From the NCBI GenBank assembly GCA_038243585.1, contig JBBSQY010000005.1, positions 1 through 64,000 of the forward strand: a stretch of 64,000 bases of DNA, in the 5' to 3' direction. Made by a program: the position numbers and the translations under genes. This DNA is from Candidatus Sumerlaeales bacterium (lineage in GTDB: Bacteria; Sumerlaeota; Sumerlaeia; Sumerlaeales; Sumerlaeaceae). Shown here one piece after another: positions 29,598-40,376 of the stretch (positions within the stretch are counted from its first letter, which is position 1; each line of letters opens with the position of its first letter). The notes below the pieces were generated by a model, which worked only from the letters and a program-made list of their open reading frames with translations, was not told the origin of the DNA and did not search any database.

Positions 29598-30608
29598 TTA
29601 ACGCAAATCCTCTTCCGTCACGTCCCGATCCAATAGTATAGCTATCCCTGCGTCTATATTAAGATTCGCATACAGCACATTATGGATCGTGTGTATCAAT
29701 GGCATATCCAAGCCGTATCGCACAGCCAGCTCCCATGCGGATTTAGCTGTTCTGTATCCTTCCACTACAGCCCCTATATCCTCCAGAGCCTTTGCCGCGC
29801 CGTGGCCCTCTGCCAATAGCTCCCCAAATCGTCGGTTGCGGCTGTGCCGGCTCATGGCGGTTACGATCAAATCTCCGAGGCCGGACAGCCCGGCCACCGT
29901 GTCCCCCTGAGACCCTGTTGCGACGGCTAATCGCGCAATCTCAGCCACTCCTCTTGTTATAAGAGCGGCTTTGGTATTGTCCCCAAAGCCTTTCCCGTCA
30001 CAGACACCTGCCGCAATAGCGATAACATTTTTTAATGCGCCCCCCAGTTCAACGGCATTAGTATCCTGCTGAACGTAGACGCGAAACGTATGGCTGGTAA
30101 ACATCGCCTGAATCATTTGCGCATCCTCCAGCCGAGGCGCAGACGCAACCACGGCGGTTGGAACATTACGGCTAACTTCCTCGGCGTGGCTGGGTCCTGC
30201 CAGAGTAGCGTATCGAAGATCTTTCCTAGCCCCGATTTCGTCTCTGAAAATCTCCCAAGGAAGTCGCAAGGTATCCGCTTCAATCCCCTTGCTGCAGTTC
30301 ACAAAAACAGCTCCGGATCCTGACCAGTGCAATGGCGCAAGCTCACGGCACATATCGGCAGTCGCAAAAGACGGGACCACACTTAGTATTGCAGAAACCC
30401 CGGAAACAGATTCCTGAATGGTTTCAAAAAACAAGACCCCCGCAGCCACAACTAATCCTGCCGGACGATTAATTCCCCCGGAGATGCGAAGTTTTGCTAC
30501 AACCGCCGGGCTGCGGTCCCATACCCGAACCGCATGGCCATGTCTGGCAAGGTAGTCCGCCAATGCCAAACCCCATGCCCCCGCCCCCAAAACAGCAATA
30601 GCAGCCAT
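29598..30608 (-). CDS. gpsA: NAD(P)H-dependent glycerol-3-phosphate dehydrogenase
   Basis: GAGAWG, SKGIE, GPSHAEEV, GGALKNVIAIA, GLSGLGDL, SRN, VEG. Confidence 0.97.
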   Translation of the reverse strand: MAAIAVLGAGAWGLALADYLARHGHAVRVWDRSPAVVAKLRISGGINRPAGLVVAAGVLFFETIQESVSGVSAILSVVPSFATADMCRELAPLHWSGSGAVFVNCSKGIEADTLRLPWEIFRDEIGARKDLRYATLAGPSHAEEVSRNVPTAVVASAPRLEDAQMIQAMFTSHTFRVYVQQDTNAVELGGALKNVIAIAAGVCDGKGFGDNTKAALITRGVAEIARLAVATGSQGDTVAGLSGLGDLIVTAMSRHSRNRRFGELLAEGHGAAKALEDIGAVVEGYRTAKSAWELAVRYGLDMPLIHTIHNVLYANLNIDAGIAILLDRDVTEEDLR

Positions 30609-30612
30609 TGAT

Positions 30613-31269
30613 CTACCTGTTTTCCATTACTTTCCGTAGATCCTTTTCCTGCTCTGGACCAGCGTTTGTTTCATTAAAGCGATTTTCTCGGCCCTGGATC
30701 AGTCGCAACAGGTTGGATCGGTGACGGTATATTACGATAACCGCAATGGCGATGCCCACAACTAGTACGGTGGTGGGTCTTCCAGTAGCGAATAGGAATA
30801 TCGGTAACAGCGTTGCCCCCACCAGCGAGGCCAGGCTAACATATCCTGTCACAGCAATTAGAACAATCCCAATTGCGAGAATTACGGTCATCTCCATGGG
30901 AGCGATGGCGAGAAACACTCCAAGAGCCGTTGCTACTCCCTTGCCACCTTTAAAGTTAACGAATACAGAAAGTACATGACCCGCGATCGCGCTGCCTCCA
31001 ATAACCATCTCCTGGCCCGGAGTAGCAGACTCAAGCCCCACCAGCCCTGGAAATAACAGTACTGGCAGCATCCCCTTCAGCACGTCAACGAGCAACACGG
31101 TAAAGCCAAGTCCTTTACCTAATACGCGGAACGCATTTGTGGCACCCAGATTGCCGCTGCCGGAATTGCGGATATCAAGACCCCGGAAGTAGCGCCCAAC
31201 CCACAAACCTGTAGGTACGGAACCGGCAAAATAAGCCAGGATGATTGCGATTGTCATTTGAATAATCAT
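30613..31269 (-). CDS. plsY: Glycerol-3-phosphate acyltransferase PlsY
   Basis: GS.PTG, GSGNLGATN..R, D.LKG, GH, FKGGKGVAT, H.SN..RL..G.E. Start 31269 or 31257. Confidence 0.96.
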   Translation of the reverse strand: MIIQMTIAIILAYFAGSVPTGLWVGRYFRGLDIRNSGSGNLGATNAFRVLGKGLGFTVLLVDVLKGMLPVLLFPGLVGLESATPGQEMVIGGSAIAGHVLSVFVNFKGGKGVATALGVFLAIAPMEMTVILAIGIVLIAVTGYVSLASLVGATLLPIFLFATGRPTTVLVVGIAIAVIVIYRHRSNLLRLIQGRENRFNETNAGPEQEKDLRKVMENR

Positions 31270-31498
31270 AAACGCAGGCAGACTACCACTGTGGTGCCTT
31301 TTCAACAGATTGTTTTAATGTAGACTGCGAAAGCCCACCGACGTCGAAAAATATCCAGCCAAAATGAATGCGCCTTCACCTCAGTTGAATGCACCATTCC
31401 GGGTGATGGAACTAATGTTCACACGTGATCAGCAGGCCAGCTCACCCCCGGCAAAGCCGGACATGATTGAAAATCGAAATAGGGAGCTCTCCATAAAT

Positions 31499-32581
31499 AT
31501 GAGCAGCGCTACTGCACCAACGGGAACAAACATCGATCGCATCGCCGAACTGTTGGGCGATCAGGCAGATAATCTTCTAAATCATCAGGCTAAAGTATCA
31601 AAAGACGTGTTACACGTGCCCGGACCTGACTCCGTCTCGGAATCTTACGGCCTAAGCGATCGTTCGCCACGGGTACTTCGCTCGTTGCAGGAAATCTATA
31701 ATCACGGGCGCCTTGGCAAAACCGGTTACGTTTCGATTCTTCCTGTTGATCAGGGAATTGAACACAGCGCCGGTGCCAGCTTCGCGCCAAACCCGGAGTA
31801 TTTTGATCCGGAAAACATCGTCAAGCTTGCCATTGAAGGCGGCTGCAACGCTGTCGCTTCCACTTTTGGTGTTCTTGGTGCGGTTTCCCGCAAGTATGCC
31901 CATAAAATTCCGTTCGTTGTCAAAATTAACCACAACGAGTTTCTGAGCATGCCTAACAAATATGACCAGATCATGTTTGGCAGTGTCAAACGCGCGTACG
32001 ATATGGGCGCGGTTGCCGTCGGTGCTACTATTTATTTTGGTAGCGACGAATCTGCCCGGCAGATTCAAGAAGTCAGCGAAGCTTTTGAGTATGCTCACGA
32101 ACTGGGCATGGCGACGATCCTATGGTGCTATACCCGCAACCCCGGCTTCGTAGTAGATGGTGTTGATTATCATACCTCTGCTGATCTGACCGGACAGGCA
32201 AATCACCTCGGCGTAACCATCCAGGCGGATATTATTAAGCAAAAACTGCCTACCAACAACGGTGGATACAACGCTACCAAGCACGGCAAAACTCACAAAA
32301 AGGTATACACCGACCTGACCACAGATAACCCTATCGACCTGACTCGTTACCAAGTGTTAAATTGCTACAATGGTCGTGCTGGACTGATCAACAGCGGCGG
32401 TACCAGCACGGGCGAAGGTGATATGGCCGAGGCGGTAACAACAGCGGTTATTAACAAACGGGCCGGCGGAATGGGACTTATCAGCGGACGTAAAGCTTTC
32501 CAGCGCCCTGCAAAGGAAGGCATTGCACTTCTGAACGCAATCCAGGATGTTTACTTGTGCGAGGATGTAACAATCGCCTGA
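31499..32581 (+). CDS. fbaB: Class I fructose-bisphosphate aldolase (FbaB/DhnA type)
   Basis: [54 protein letters not shown]. Start ATG 31499 after GGGAG. Confidence 0.96.
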   Translation: MSSATAPTGTNIDRIAELLGDQADNLLNHQAKVSKDVLHVPGPDSVSESYGLSDRSPRVLRSLQEIYNHGRLGKTGYVSILPVDQGIEHSAGASFAPNPEYFDPENIVKLAIEGGCNAVASTFGVLGAVSRKYAHKIPFVVKINHNEFLSMPNKYDQIMFGSVKRAYDMGAVAVGATIYFGSDESARQIQEVSEAFEYAHELGMATILWCYTRNPGFVVDGVDYHTSADLTGQANHLGVTIQADIIKQKLPTNNGGYNATKHGKTHKKVYTDLTTDNPIDLTRYQVLNCYNGRAGLINSGGTSTGEGDMAEAVTTAVINKRAGGMGLISGRKAFQRPAKEGIALLNAIQDVYLCEDVTIA

Positions 32582-32605
32582 TAACATCACTGTTTAGGTA
32601 TTTTG

Positions 32606-32637
32606 AGAACCCCAGTTTGCTCTGGGGTTCTTTTTTT
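32606..32637 (+). terminator. Rho-independent terminator after fbaB
   Basis: AGAACCCCAG-TTTGCT-CTGGGGTTCT followed by a T run. Confidence 0.9.
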
Positions 32638-32676
32638 ATTTGATAGCGATGCTGCAACCTGACACGTCTTTACAAA

Positions 32677-33510
32677 ATGAGATATCTCCCCGCCGAAGCG
32701 GAAATTATAATTCTGCTAGATAATCCAGATCTGTACCGTGAGGTTACAATTTTGCTGCGGAAATTGATATCTGCAAATCAGCCCGCGATGACTATCTCGG
32801 AGTTAACTTCGGGAGGGACTGGCTTCACGCAGAGCCGAAGATTCAAGGTTAATGACGTGCGCTTTAATTTCCTGCTGATCAATCCTGAAAATGCACATCC
32901 ATTCGCCTATCTGACCCTGGGACAACGTGCGCTGAGGCGACGCGTTCCGCTTGTCGTTGCTATAAGTCAGGCACGAACCTTTAAGGACGGGCTATTTGCC
33001 GGAGACATTGCATTAGTTTCAAATGCTATCGCACTTCCATATCCTGCACTATTTCAGAATCGAAACCCGTTCAGCCCCAACGAGCCAACAACAGAAGTCT
33101 ACTCTGCCAATCCTGAGGTTTTAGGCTCCTTTAGCAAATTTGCTGATACAGTAACGTCCCCTAAGCTATGGCAGGTTAAGATTCCCATTGTAAAATCAGG
33201 TTATACAAAGCATCCCACGCATGGTGGAGGGTTGCATCCTTGGGCACCGGAACAGTTCGAGCAAATGAAAGAAAGCGGGATTGACACGGTTGCCGAGACT
33301 CCTTCGGGAGTTTATGAGTTCCAGCAACTGTCCCCCGCCACTTCAGTTGTTTGCTTTAATATGGTCACTGGTCCGACCCGTGCTCAGCTAAGTACAGAGT
33401 GGGAACGTCATAAGAAAAAATTGCTTTATCCGGCGATACGTCTACTTCTCGATATTGTGGAGTTTTACAAGATTGCGGACAGCGAAATTAAATCAGCTGT
33501 ACCATACTGA
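32677..33510 (+). CDS. Hypothetical protein, possibly a divergent purine nucleoside phosphorylase (NP-I) fold
   Basis: 277-aa ORF; FAGDIALVSNAI..NPF..N, MKESGIDTVAE and final VCFNMVT follow PNP/MTAP spacing, but the catalytic motifs are not canonical. Confidence 0.5.
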   Translation: MRYLPAEAEIIILLDNPDLYREVTILLRKLISANQPAMTISELTSGGTGFTQSRRFKVNDVRFNFLLINPENAHPFAYLTLGQRALRRRVPLVVAISQARTFKDGLFAGDIALVSNAIALPYPALFQNRNPFSPNEPTTEVYSANPEVLGSFSKFADTVTSPKLWQVKIPIVKSGYTKHPTHGGGLHPWAPEQFEQMKESGIDTVAETPSGVYEFQQLSPATSVVCFNMVTGPTRAQLSTEWERHKKKLLYPAIRLLLDIVEFYKIADSEIKSAVPY

Positions 33511-33529
33511 CCGTAGGAGCACCTTACTG

Positions 33530-34783
33530 ATGAAAATACGAGTTTTCAAGACCTTTATCTTAACGGTTATTACTTTTTTTTTGCAGGCATCACCCAGTTT
33601 TGCTAACTCAACAAGCAAAACAGTCGAGATGGCAACCTCGGTTACATCCAATCCGGTCACAGTAGCGGCTTATTACTTTCCGAACTATCATCCCGGCGAT
33701 AAAAGAAACTCCATAATGCCTGGAAAAGGACCTGAGTGGAGTGAATGGGATTTAGTAAAAAAAGCACGAGCCAAATATCCTGGTCATCATCAGCCAAAAG
33801 TACCCCAATGGGGCTACGGAGACGAATCAGACCCCTCGGTAATGGCACAAAAGCTGGATGCCGCAGCTGACCACGGTGTTGATGCTTTCATCTTTGACTG
33901 GTATTATTACAACGACGGGCCCTTCCTTAACGACTGCCTAGATAAGGGCTACCTCCGCGCGCCGAACAATCACCGGGTAAAGTTTGCTCTTATGTGGGCA
34001 AACCATGACTGGCTCGAGCTTCACCCTTCTACACGAGGTACTACGCAGTCTATGCTTTTTCCTGCCAAGGTATCGCCGGAAAAGTTCGATCAAATATGTG
34101 AACATGTGATCACGGACTACTTCTCTCAACCGAACTACTGGACGATCCAGGGTAAACCGTATTTCTCGTTTTACGACATCGAGAAGCTCGTTCAAAATTT
34201 TCCTACAGTTGACGCCTGCCGCTCCGCCTTGAAAAGTTTTCGTAAGAGAGCACAAGATGCAGAATTACCTGGCCTTCACCTGAACGCAGTCGTGTGGGGC
34301 AGGCCAATTCTCCCCGGAGAAAACACTCCAACAGATATTGAAGATTTGGTGTCCACGCTAGGATTCGATTCTGCTACGTCATACGTCTGGATCCACCATG
34401 TGGGACTTAACGAGCAACAGACAGATTATAACAAGGTTAGAGATGAGTATTTTAAATACTGGAGTAAGGTAACCAACAAGCTTGAAATCCCGTATTTTCC
34501 CAATGTTACTATGGGCTGGGATTCCTCTCCCCGCACAAACCAAGCGGATGAATGGGGAAATTGGGGTTATCCCTTTACTAACAACATCAGCAATAATACT
34601 CCAGAGCATTTTCAAAAAGCGCTGGAGATGACTCGAGATAGGATCCTTCAACAGCCGTACGGATCTTATATAATAAACATTAACTGTTGGAACGAGTGGA
34701 CGGAAGGGAGTTACCTGGAACCTGACACTCGAAATGGATTAAAGTATCTTGAAGCAGTCAAAAATGTGTTTGGCCAAAATTAA
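33530..34783 (+). CDS. Exported GH99-like / WbsX-family glycoside hydrolase
   Basis: Signal peptide, AYYFPNYH, EW..V..A....GH.QP..P, F.LMWANH, GWDSSPR, INCWNEWTEGSYLEPD. Confidence 0.85.
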   Translation: MKIRVFKTFILTVITFFLQASPSFANSTSKTVEMATSVTSNPVTVAAYYFPNYHPGDKRNSIMPGKGPEWSEWDLVKKARAKYPGHHQPKVPQWGYGDESDPSVMAQKLDAAADHGVDAFIFDWYYYNDGPFLNDCLDKGYLRAPNNHRVKFALMWANHDWLELHPSTRGTTQSMLFPAKVSPEKFDQICEHVITDYFSQPNYWTIQGKPYFSFYDIEKLVQNFPTVDACRSALKSFRKRAQDAELPGLHLNAVVWGRPILPGENTPTDIEDLVSTLGFDSATSYVWIHHVGLNEQQTDYNKVRDEYFKYWSKVTNKLEIPYFPNVTMGWDSSPRTNQADEWGNWGYPFTNNISNNTPEHFQKALEMTRDRILQQPYGSYIININCWNEWTEGSYLEPDTRNGLKYLEAVKNVFGQN

Positions 34784-34795
34784 ACCCCATCACGC

Positions 34796-37066
34796 TTAAA
34801 GTAAATCCATCGGATCCACATCCACGATAAGTTGTACGTGGCTTTTCCCTTTCACGTCTTGAAAATCTTCCATCGCCCGGCGCAGCACTTCGCGCATCAG
34901 ATGTTGCTCCTTACTGCGTAGAAGAACGCGCCACCGGAAATTGTCGTTAATCTTGCTGAGCGGTGCTGGCGACGGTCCTAGCACTTGCACTTTTTCGCCT
35001 TGGTACTGGGCATGTTTTTTCAGAAGACGCGTGTACTCTTTAACCATATCCGAGGTTTCGTCCTCCTTTTTACCGATTCCAAGCACCGCGATAAGGCGGG
35101 AATGGGGTGGAAACCGAAGCACCTCACGCACGCGAAGCTCTTTTTTATAAAAGCCAAGATAATCGTGGGACTGGGCAAACAACACCGCATAGTGATTGGG
35201 TACATATGTCTGCAGAATTACACGACCGGGCTTTGCGCCACGTCCAGCCCGACCCGCCACCTGCGTCATCAAGCTAAACGCCCGCTCCGTTGCGCGAAAA
35301 TCCGGTTGGTAAAACGCCCCGTCCGCAAGCGGTAATCCCACCACTGTAACATTCTCCAGGTGAAGACCTTTGGCGATCATCTGCGTTCCAAGAATAATAT
35401 CCACGTCGCCCTTTTCCAGGATTTTCCACGCTTCCATGAAAGCGTTCCGTCGGCGCATGGTGTCCAGATCCAGCCGCATTACTCGGGCAGATGAAAAAGT
35501 CTGCTGAACAACCTCCTCCAGCCGCTCTGTGCCAAGACCCACCATATTAAGTTCAGTCGATTCGCAACTGGCGCACTGCTTTGGAATTACATATTCCTTT
35601 CCGCAATAGTGGCACATCAACTTGTTACCGATGCGATGATGGGTCAGCGCGACGTCACAGTGCAGACATTTTACTGCTTCGTGACATTGCAGGCAGATGA
35701 CGAAATTAAAAAATCCGCGCCTGTTTAAAAACAGTAAAGTCTGTTCCTTCCGGGAAAGACACTGCCCCATAGCCTCGAATAGCCGGCGGCTCAAGAACTC
35801 CGGATTGTCCTCGTCCTTAATCTCCTGGGTCATGTCCACCACTGTCACCGGCGGCATCGGTTTGCCGTCGATACGCTCCGCCAGCGTCAGAAGCTGAAAC
35901 TTTCCCGTAGTCGCCTTAAAATAGGATTCGATGGCGGGCGTCGCGCTCCCTAAAATGCACACGGCGTTTACGTCATGTGCTCGCTTTATGGCGATATCAC
36001 GGGCGTGATAGCGCGGACTGCTATCCTGCTTATATGTAATCTCATGCTCTTCATCTACTACAATGACCCGCAAGTTCTGAAACGGGGTAAACAGTGCAGA
36101 CCGCGCCCCTACCATTATACGTATCCGCCCTGCCATAACCTCTCGCCAAAGGTCGAACTTCTGGCCGAGAGTCAACCGTGAATGATACACTCCGACGATA
36201 TTGCCAAACCGCCTTCGAAATCGATCAACTGTCTGCGGTGTCAGCGATATTTCAGGCACCAGGACAATCGCCTCTCCGCCGGTTTCCACCGCTTTGCGAA
36301 TTGCTTGAAGATAAATTTCGGTCTTTCCGCTACCTGTTACCCCGTGCAGCATGAACGTAGAAGGAATAGACTTGTCCATGTGCTGCTCAATCTTTTCGAA
36401 TGCCACTTGCTGCTCAGCAGAAAATGCAAGCTCGGCTTCTGATCCACTTTGCTGATCATAATCATCTCTACGAATGACATCCGCAACAATTTCTTCCGCC
36501 CAATCGTGGCTAATAAGGGACTTAATAGAAGACAAACTCGCACCCGTAGCGGAGTTAATATCGTCAACCGTTGCAGGGGCACCACGCCGCCCGGCCAGAA
36601 ACTCCAGCGCCTGTCTCTGTTTCTGACCCATTTTTACGGGAACTGGCCCACTAAGGGCCCTTAATCCCGCACCGGTAACTAAAAAGCGCTTAATTGTCTG
36701 TGCTGCTATATCGTTAAGCCCTACGAAACTGACGCAAGAACAGCAGTCTCCTGGGGGCGCGATATAGTATTTTGCGATCCACAGTGCCAGTTCCAAAATG
36801 TCTGCTGTTACGATAAAACCAGGCGTGACTTCTCGAGTGACGCTTCGCATCCGTACGCTCTTCAGTTGATCGGAAAGAGCAGAAAACCGCCTGATAACGC
36901 AGCCTTTTGTTTTCTGCCGTCCAAAAGGTATTTCGACAATCCCGCCCACCGGCACATGCGCTAGTTCTGCGGGCAATCGATACGTATAGAGCTGAAAAAC
37001 CGGCTCATGGACCGCAACTTCTACATACTGGACTTCAATGCCGGATTCCGTATCATTGTCGAGCAT
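34796..37066 (-). CDS. priA: Primosomal protein N' (PriA helicase)
   Basis: GVTGSGKTEIY, LVPEISLTPQ, VDEEHE..YKQ, SATP, LNRRG, four CxxC pairs, GTQMIAKG, QVAGRAGR, DVDP. Confidence 0.98.
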   Translation of the reverse strand: MLDNDTESGIEVQYVEVAVHEPVFQLYTYRLPAELAHVPVGGIVEIPFGRQKTKGCVIRRFSALSDQLKSVRMRSVTREVTPGFIVTADILELALWIAKYYIAPPGDCCSCVSFVGLNDIAAQTIKRFLVTGAGLRALSGPVPVKMGQKQRQALEFLAGRRGAPATVDDINSATGASLSSIKSLISHDWAEEIVADVIRRDDYDQQSGSEAELAFSAEQQVAFEKIEQHMDKSIPSTFMLHGVTGSGKTEIYLQAIRKAVETGGEAIVLVPEISLTPQTVDRFRRRFGNIVGVYHSRLTLGQKFDLWREVMAGRIRIMVGARSALFTPFQNLRVIVVDEEHEITYKQDSSPRYHARDIAIKRAHDVNAVCILGSATPAIESYFKATTGKFQLLTLAERIDGKPMPPVTVVDMTQEIKDEDNPEFLSRRLFEAMGQCLSRKEQTLLFLNRRGFFNFVICLQCHEAVKCLHCDVALTHHRIGNKLMCHYCGKEYVIPKQCASCESTELNMVGLGTERLEEVVQQTFSSARVMRLDLDTMRRRNAFMEAWKILEKGDVDIILGTQMIAKGLHLENVTVVGLPLADGAFYQPDFRATERAFSLMTQVAGRAGRGAKPGRVILQTYVPNHYAVLFAQSHDYLGFYKKELRVREVLRFPPHSRLIAVLGIGKKEDETSDMVKEYTRLLKKHAQYQGEKVQVLGPSPAPLSKINDNFRWRVLLRSKEQHLMREVLRRAMEDFQDVKGKSHVQLIVDVDPMDLL

Positions 37067-37184
37067 GGTGGATTATGTGCGCAGCTTATAAAAGCAGCAA
37101 CTCGCTCTGGCTTGAATGAGGTATCGCCCCAATGGGGGGCAGTTAACCACTACTGTAGTCAATTTGGTGAGGTGGGCTAGCGTC

Positions 37185-37589
37185 TTAAGCTACGCGCTCA
37201 AACTTCTTAAAGCACTGGTAGCCAAACTGCCTGGACGCGCTAATCTGATCAGGATAGCCAAAACCATCAGTTAACTTTTCCTGCTTAGCCCGCCAACTGC
37301 AATCCCAAACGAAATTAAACCGGACCTCCCCACCGTTAACATCAAGGGTGCCAACAAAATCGCTGCAGCCGCTGGTAGCTTGGATATTTACAGACTCAAC
37401 CACTAAGGCCGGCTCCTCTTCCAGAAGTTTGGATATGGCGCGCAAAACTTTAACCGGCGGCGAACCAGGATTAAACACGATTGGTGCGCTTTTTTTGCCC
37501 TGCTTTAACTCCCTGACAGCCGCTTTAAAACCGTCCTGTGCCGCGCTTGCCTCGAGAATATCTTCAAGCTCCTGAACTGCTGTTGTCAT
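37185..37589 (-). CDS. Hypothetical protein with Cys/Trp motifs
   Basis: Globular-looking 134-aa ORF filling the gap before priA; SGCSDF.G, FVWDCSW, FGYPDQ, YQCF. Confidence 0.75.
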   Translation of the reverse strand: MTTAVQELEDILEASAAQDGFKAAVRELKQGKKSAPIVFNPGSPPVKVLRAISKLLEEEPALVVESVNIQATSGCSDFVGTLDVNGGEVRFNFVWDCSWRAKQEKLTDGFGYPDQISASRQFGYQCFKKFERVA

Positions 37590-37803
37590 TAAATACACCC
37601 CGGACTAAAATGGTTCTGTTCTGGCATAAAGACAGGCAAGTTCTTTATTTGGTATCCAATCAGCGAGGCTGGATGCATCTTCATCACAGAACAGTTATTC
37701 AAATTTCATCCTCGTTTTACCAGCACGAGCAGTAGCAGTTTTTGACGTCTGTCCCATACGTCGGGGAACGCCGTACATATATAAACATAAGGAGCTCGTA
37801 AGA

Positions 37804-39498
37804 GTGCCTATTTCGAAACTTTTTGTAGAGCAGTTCACCAGGAAATTCTCCACTTTTGCCTTGGCGCTATTAGTTGGTGCCACGTTTGCCCCGCCATCCG
37901 TCTACGCTAAAACTCCAACAAAGAAAAGTGCAGCGTCGTCCGAGAAAACCAGCAGCAGAAACAAAGATCCTGATAATACCGAATCTAACGATGATAAACG
38001 TGAAGAAGATGAGGGCAAGGACGAGTCACCCGATGCCGTAGAAGAAGATGCTTCTCCGGAAGAGAAAGCCAGAATTGCCGCAGAAGAGGAAGCCGCGGAA
38101 GCAAAACGCATTGCTGAGTCCATACTAACCGTTGAGAAGCTTCCGGCTAAGCTAAATGACATACTAAAACCCGCCACCCGCAATGCGGAATGGGGTGTAA
38201 AAGTTGTGGTGGCTGAGACAGGGCAGACATTATTTGAGTCTAACGCTGACGAAGGCTATATCCCTGCTTCAAACCGAAAGCTGTTTACCGGTGCCTTAGC
38301 ACTTGATCAACTCGGACCAGACTTCAAATTTCGTACATACCTATATAAAACCGGAAACGTCGATGCCCAGGGAACGTTAAATGGTAATCTTGTGATTGTT
38401 CCAAGCGGCGATCCCACTTTTTCTAAGGAGATGTACAAAGCTTCTACCGGTGATTGGGTTTTTCGCGACTGGGCAAAAAAGGTAAAGGAAGCGGGCCTTA
38501 AAAATGTTACGGGAGACCTGCTAATCGACTGTAGCGCCTGGGATATGAATGATCTTAATCCACAAGGATGGGCGACACGAGTCCTGAATGACTCTTACGC
38601 TCCTCAAACAAGCCCCCTGACCATAAACGAAAATATAACAAACATCATTATGTCGCCGGCAAAGAAGGGAGAGCCGGCGTCAATCAGCTTTGCCCCTCCC
38701 GCTACCGGATATCCAGTAAACAATAATACGGTGTCCGGCAAACCGGGTACTCCTATCGCCAAGAGAGTGATTAACACCCATTTAGACCTGCGTGGCGGAA
38801 TAGACTCTAAAAAAACTATCTGGTCGATTCCCATAGATCGGCCCACACTTTATGCTGCAGCAAATTTTCGTCACCATCTGATGGAAAGCCAGATTCCAAT
38901 ACAGGGGTCAGTTCGAATCATTACGACTACAGGCGTATTGCCTGGAGCTAATCAGCAGAACACAATCGCCCTGGTAGAATCGCCGAAGTTGATCGAAATC
39001 ATAGACAGAATGATGAAAAAAAGTGATAATCATATGGCTGAGCAAATTTATGTCGCCATTAGTTCGGCCAAAATGGGTAAAGGGAGCTACACAAACAGTT
39101 GGCGGTTAGAATCAGACCTGCTCACTCGCGCACAGATTAACCCGGCTGGCGTTCGATGCTATGATGGTTCTGGGCTTAGTGAAGCAAACCGTGTAACCCC
39201 TACCGACGTCTGCAAATTATTGTCATTTATGATGCGTCATCCCTATGCTCAACAATACTATGACAGTATGGCCATAAGCGGACGCGACGGAACCCTGCGC
39301 AACCGTATGGGAAGCATTGCAGGTCGCGTCCATGCGAAAACAGGAACGATAAATGGTGTTAAGGCCTTGTCGGGTTATGTCAAGCTCGCTTCTGATAAGA
39401 CTGTTAGCTTTTCCTTTTTAGTTAATCAGATAAAAGGCAGCTCTCCTTCCGGCATACAAGATCGCCTTTGTTCCACCATCGCCGCTCTGGTACTCTGA
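37804..39498 (+). CDS. dacB: D-Ala-D-Ala carboxypeptidase/endopeptidase (PBP4, S13) with acidic N-terminal extension
   Basis: PASNRK (SxxK), GDP, KSDN..AE (SxN), DGSGLS..N, G.DGTL..R, AKTGT. Confidence 0.94.
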   Translation: MPISKLFVEQFTRKFSTFALALLVGATFAPPSVYAKTPTKKSAASSEKTSSRNKDPDNTESNDDKREEDEGKDESPDAVEEDASPEEKARIAAEEEAAEAKRIAESILTVEKLPAKLNDILKPATRNAEWGVKVVVAETGQTLFESNADEGYIPASNRKLFTGALALDQLGPDFKFRTYLYKTGNVDAQGTLNGNLVIVPSGDPTFSKEMYKASTGDWVFRDWAKKVKEAGLKNVTGDLLIDCSAWDMNDLNPQGWATRVLNDSYAPQTSPLTINENITNIIMSPAKKGEPASISFAPPATGYPVNNNTVSGKPGTPIAKRVINTHLDLRGGIDSKKTIWSIPIDRPTLYAAANFRHHLMESQIPIQGSVRIITTTGVLPGANQQNTIALVESPKLIEIIDRMMKKSDNHMAEQIYVAISSAKMGKGSYTNSWRLESDLLTRAQINPAGVRCYDGSGLSEANRVTPTDVCKLLSFMMRHPYAQQYYDSMAISGRDGTLRNRMGSIAGRVHAKTGTINGVKALSGYVKLASDKTVSFSFLVNQIKGSSPSGIQDRLCSTIAALVL

Positions 39499-39509
39499 CC
39501 CCCCTGTCC

Positions 39510-40376
39510 ATGCAAGCTGTGCTTCGCCAAACCGTTATTGTATTAGAAATGATCAAGTTTCAGCACACGGTGTTTGCGCTGCCTTTCGCATTTACTTCTA
39601 TGCTAATAGCCGCCGGCGGTTTGCCGTCATTTCAACGAATCCTTTGGATTATCGCCGCGTGCGTGTTTGCACGTACTGCAGCAATGAGCTTCAACCGCTG
39701 GGCTGACAGGAATTTAGATAAAAACAATCCTCGTACGGCGGACCGCGCTATACCGGCAGGTCAATTGAGCGGACGCTTCGTCCTGTTGTTCGCGATCCTA
39801 TCCGCCGCGGCGTTTGTGTTTAGCGCGGGCATGTTAAACTATCTGGCGCTGGCGCTTTCGCCGTTAGCACTTCTCATTCTGTTTGGTTACTCCTACGCAA
39901 AACGCTTTACCTCCTTTGCCCATTTCATCCTTGGGGCAGCCCTGGCACTAGCGCCGGTCGGCGCATGGGTAGCCGTAAGAACTGAGATTGGATTACCTGC
40001 CGTGTATCTGGGCTTGGGTGTAATGTTGTGGACCACGGGCTTTGACCTGATTTATGCCTGCCAAGACGTGGAGGTTGATAAGCGTGAGGGATTGTTTTCA
40101 GTCCCAAGCCGTTGGGGTACTGCTTCCGCTTTACGTCTGTCGCGGGGGCTCCATGTCGCGGCAATGGGTTTCTTTATTACCGCTGGAATTGCCGCAAACA
40201 TGAGTTGGGGCTACTACACCGGCGCAGCTATCGCGGCTGCCCTACTGGTAGCTGAACATATCGTAGTTGATCCCAATGATATGAGACGTATTAATATCGC
40301 CTTCTTTACAATAAACAGCTGGGTAGGAATGGCCATTCTCGCCGGCGCGGCGTGTGATATTCTGGCTTTGAGCTGA
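39510..40376 (+). CDS. UbiA-family prenyltransferase, MqnP-like (futalosine menaquinone route)
   Basis: MIKF.HTVFALPFA, ARTAAMSFNR..D..LD..NPRT..R.IP, YSY.KRF, FD.IYACQD...D, AFF..N. Confidence 0.9.
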   Translation: MQAVLRQTVIVLEMIKFQHTVFALPFAFTSMLIAAGGLPSFQRILWIIAACVFARTAAMSFNRWADRNLDKNNPRTADRAIPAGQLSGRFVLLFAILSAAAFVFSAGMLNYLALALSPLALLILFGYSYAKRFTSFAHFILGAALALAPVGAWVAVRTEIGLPAVYLGLGVMLWTTGFDLIYACQDVEVDKREGLFSVPSRWGTASALRLSRGLHVAAMGFFITAGIAANMSWGYYTGAAIAAALLVAEHIVVDPNDMRRINIAFFTINSWVGMAILAGAACDILALS

